From an uncultured Candidatus Saccharibacteria bacterium (lineage in GTDB: Bacteria; Patescibacteriota; Saccharimonadia; Saccharimonadales; Saccharimonadaceae): a stretch of DNA of 64,000 nt. The notes under the pieces are model-generated. The model saw nothing but the letters and a program-made list of their open reading frames with translations. It was not told where the DNA came from and did not search any database. Location: contig CAPFSK010000002.1 of assembly GCA_948614045.1 (NCBI GenBank), forward strand, positions 18,404 through 82,403. Reading direction: 5' to 3'. Of the stretch, positions 63,934-64,000 are shown piece by piece. Positions within the stretch are counted from its first letter, which is position 1. Each line of letters starts with the position of its first letter. A program made the position numbers and the translations under genes.

Positions 63934-64000
63934 TTATTTTCCGAAAACTGCTACGTATTCTTCCAGCGTAATCCCGCGCTGGAAGATTTCTTGTGCCGCT
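63934..64000 (-). CDS. 3' end of an unidentified minus-strand CDS running off the window
   Basis: The open minus frame reads ...AAQEIFQRGITLEEYVAVFGK*, with the stop at 63934-63936. Confidence 0.35.
   Translation of the reverse strand, partial: AAQEIFQRGITLEEYVAVFGK

Overview
This 64-kb chromosomal window comes from a small-genome bacterium. My guess is a Saccharibacteria/CPR-like or reduced Gram-positive-like lineage, which is inference only. TGA is used as a normal stop codon. Extended -10 promoters (TGnTAnAAT) are very common, and many sit 6-8 nt before the ATG.

Housekeeping content:
- ftsA, an RsuA/RluB-type pseudouridine synthase, and a PAS histidine kinase with a receiver protein
- a RuvX-MltG fusion, a LysM-CHAP hydrolase, obg, trmD, recG and rsmD
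- a P-type ATPase, nrdDG preceded by NrdR-like boxes, folA, and a cysteine desulfurase with an IscU-like scaffold
- a Bce-like ABC transporter with a two-component system, tgt and yhhQ (queuosine salvage), a heterodimeric ABC exporter, and dut

Accessory content:
1. A 10.7-18.2 kb island between obg and trmD. It carries orphan genes driven by a near-identical promoter cassette, a MerR-controlled detox operon, and four mini-gene cassettes resembling the C-terminal half of the FISUMP/DUF1566 lectin-like domain.
2. A low-GC integrated element of about 7 kb at tRNA-Leu(UAG). It carries a large serine recombinase, a wHTH regulator, a Pif1/RecD-like helicase, an iteron-rich 0.95-kb non-coding region and a DUF4145-like gene.
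3. A second array of three of the same cassettes at 31.5-32.4 kb.

The most interesting signal is the seven-member cassette family:
- The interiors are hypervariable but still look protein-coding.
- They are bracketed by nucleotide-invariant 5' and 3' blocks.
- Units lie in convergent and tandem arrangement, and most copies lack a start codon or are disrupted.
- A short C-run switches among three C-terminal read-outs.
- No recombinase or reverse transcriptase lies next to either array.

Other notable items are a conserved structured 5' leader shared by two unlinked orphan genes, a single in-frame TGA splitting a ~930-aa secreted protein, and the ruvX-mltG fusion.

All domain calls are by-eye motif recognition. 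No searches were run.
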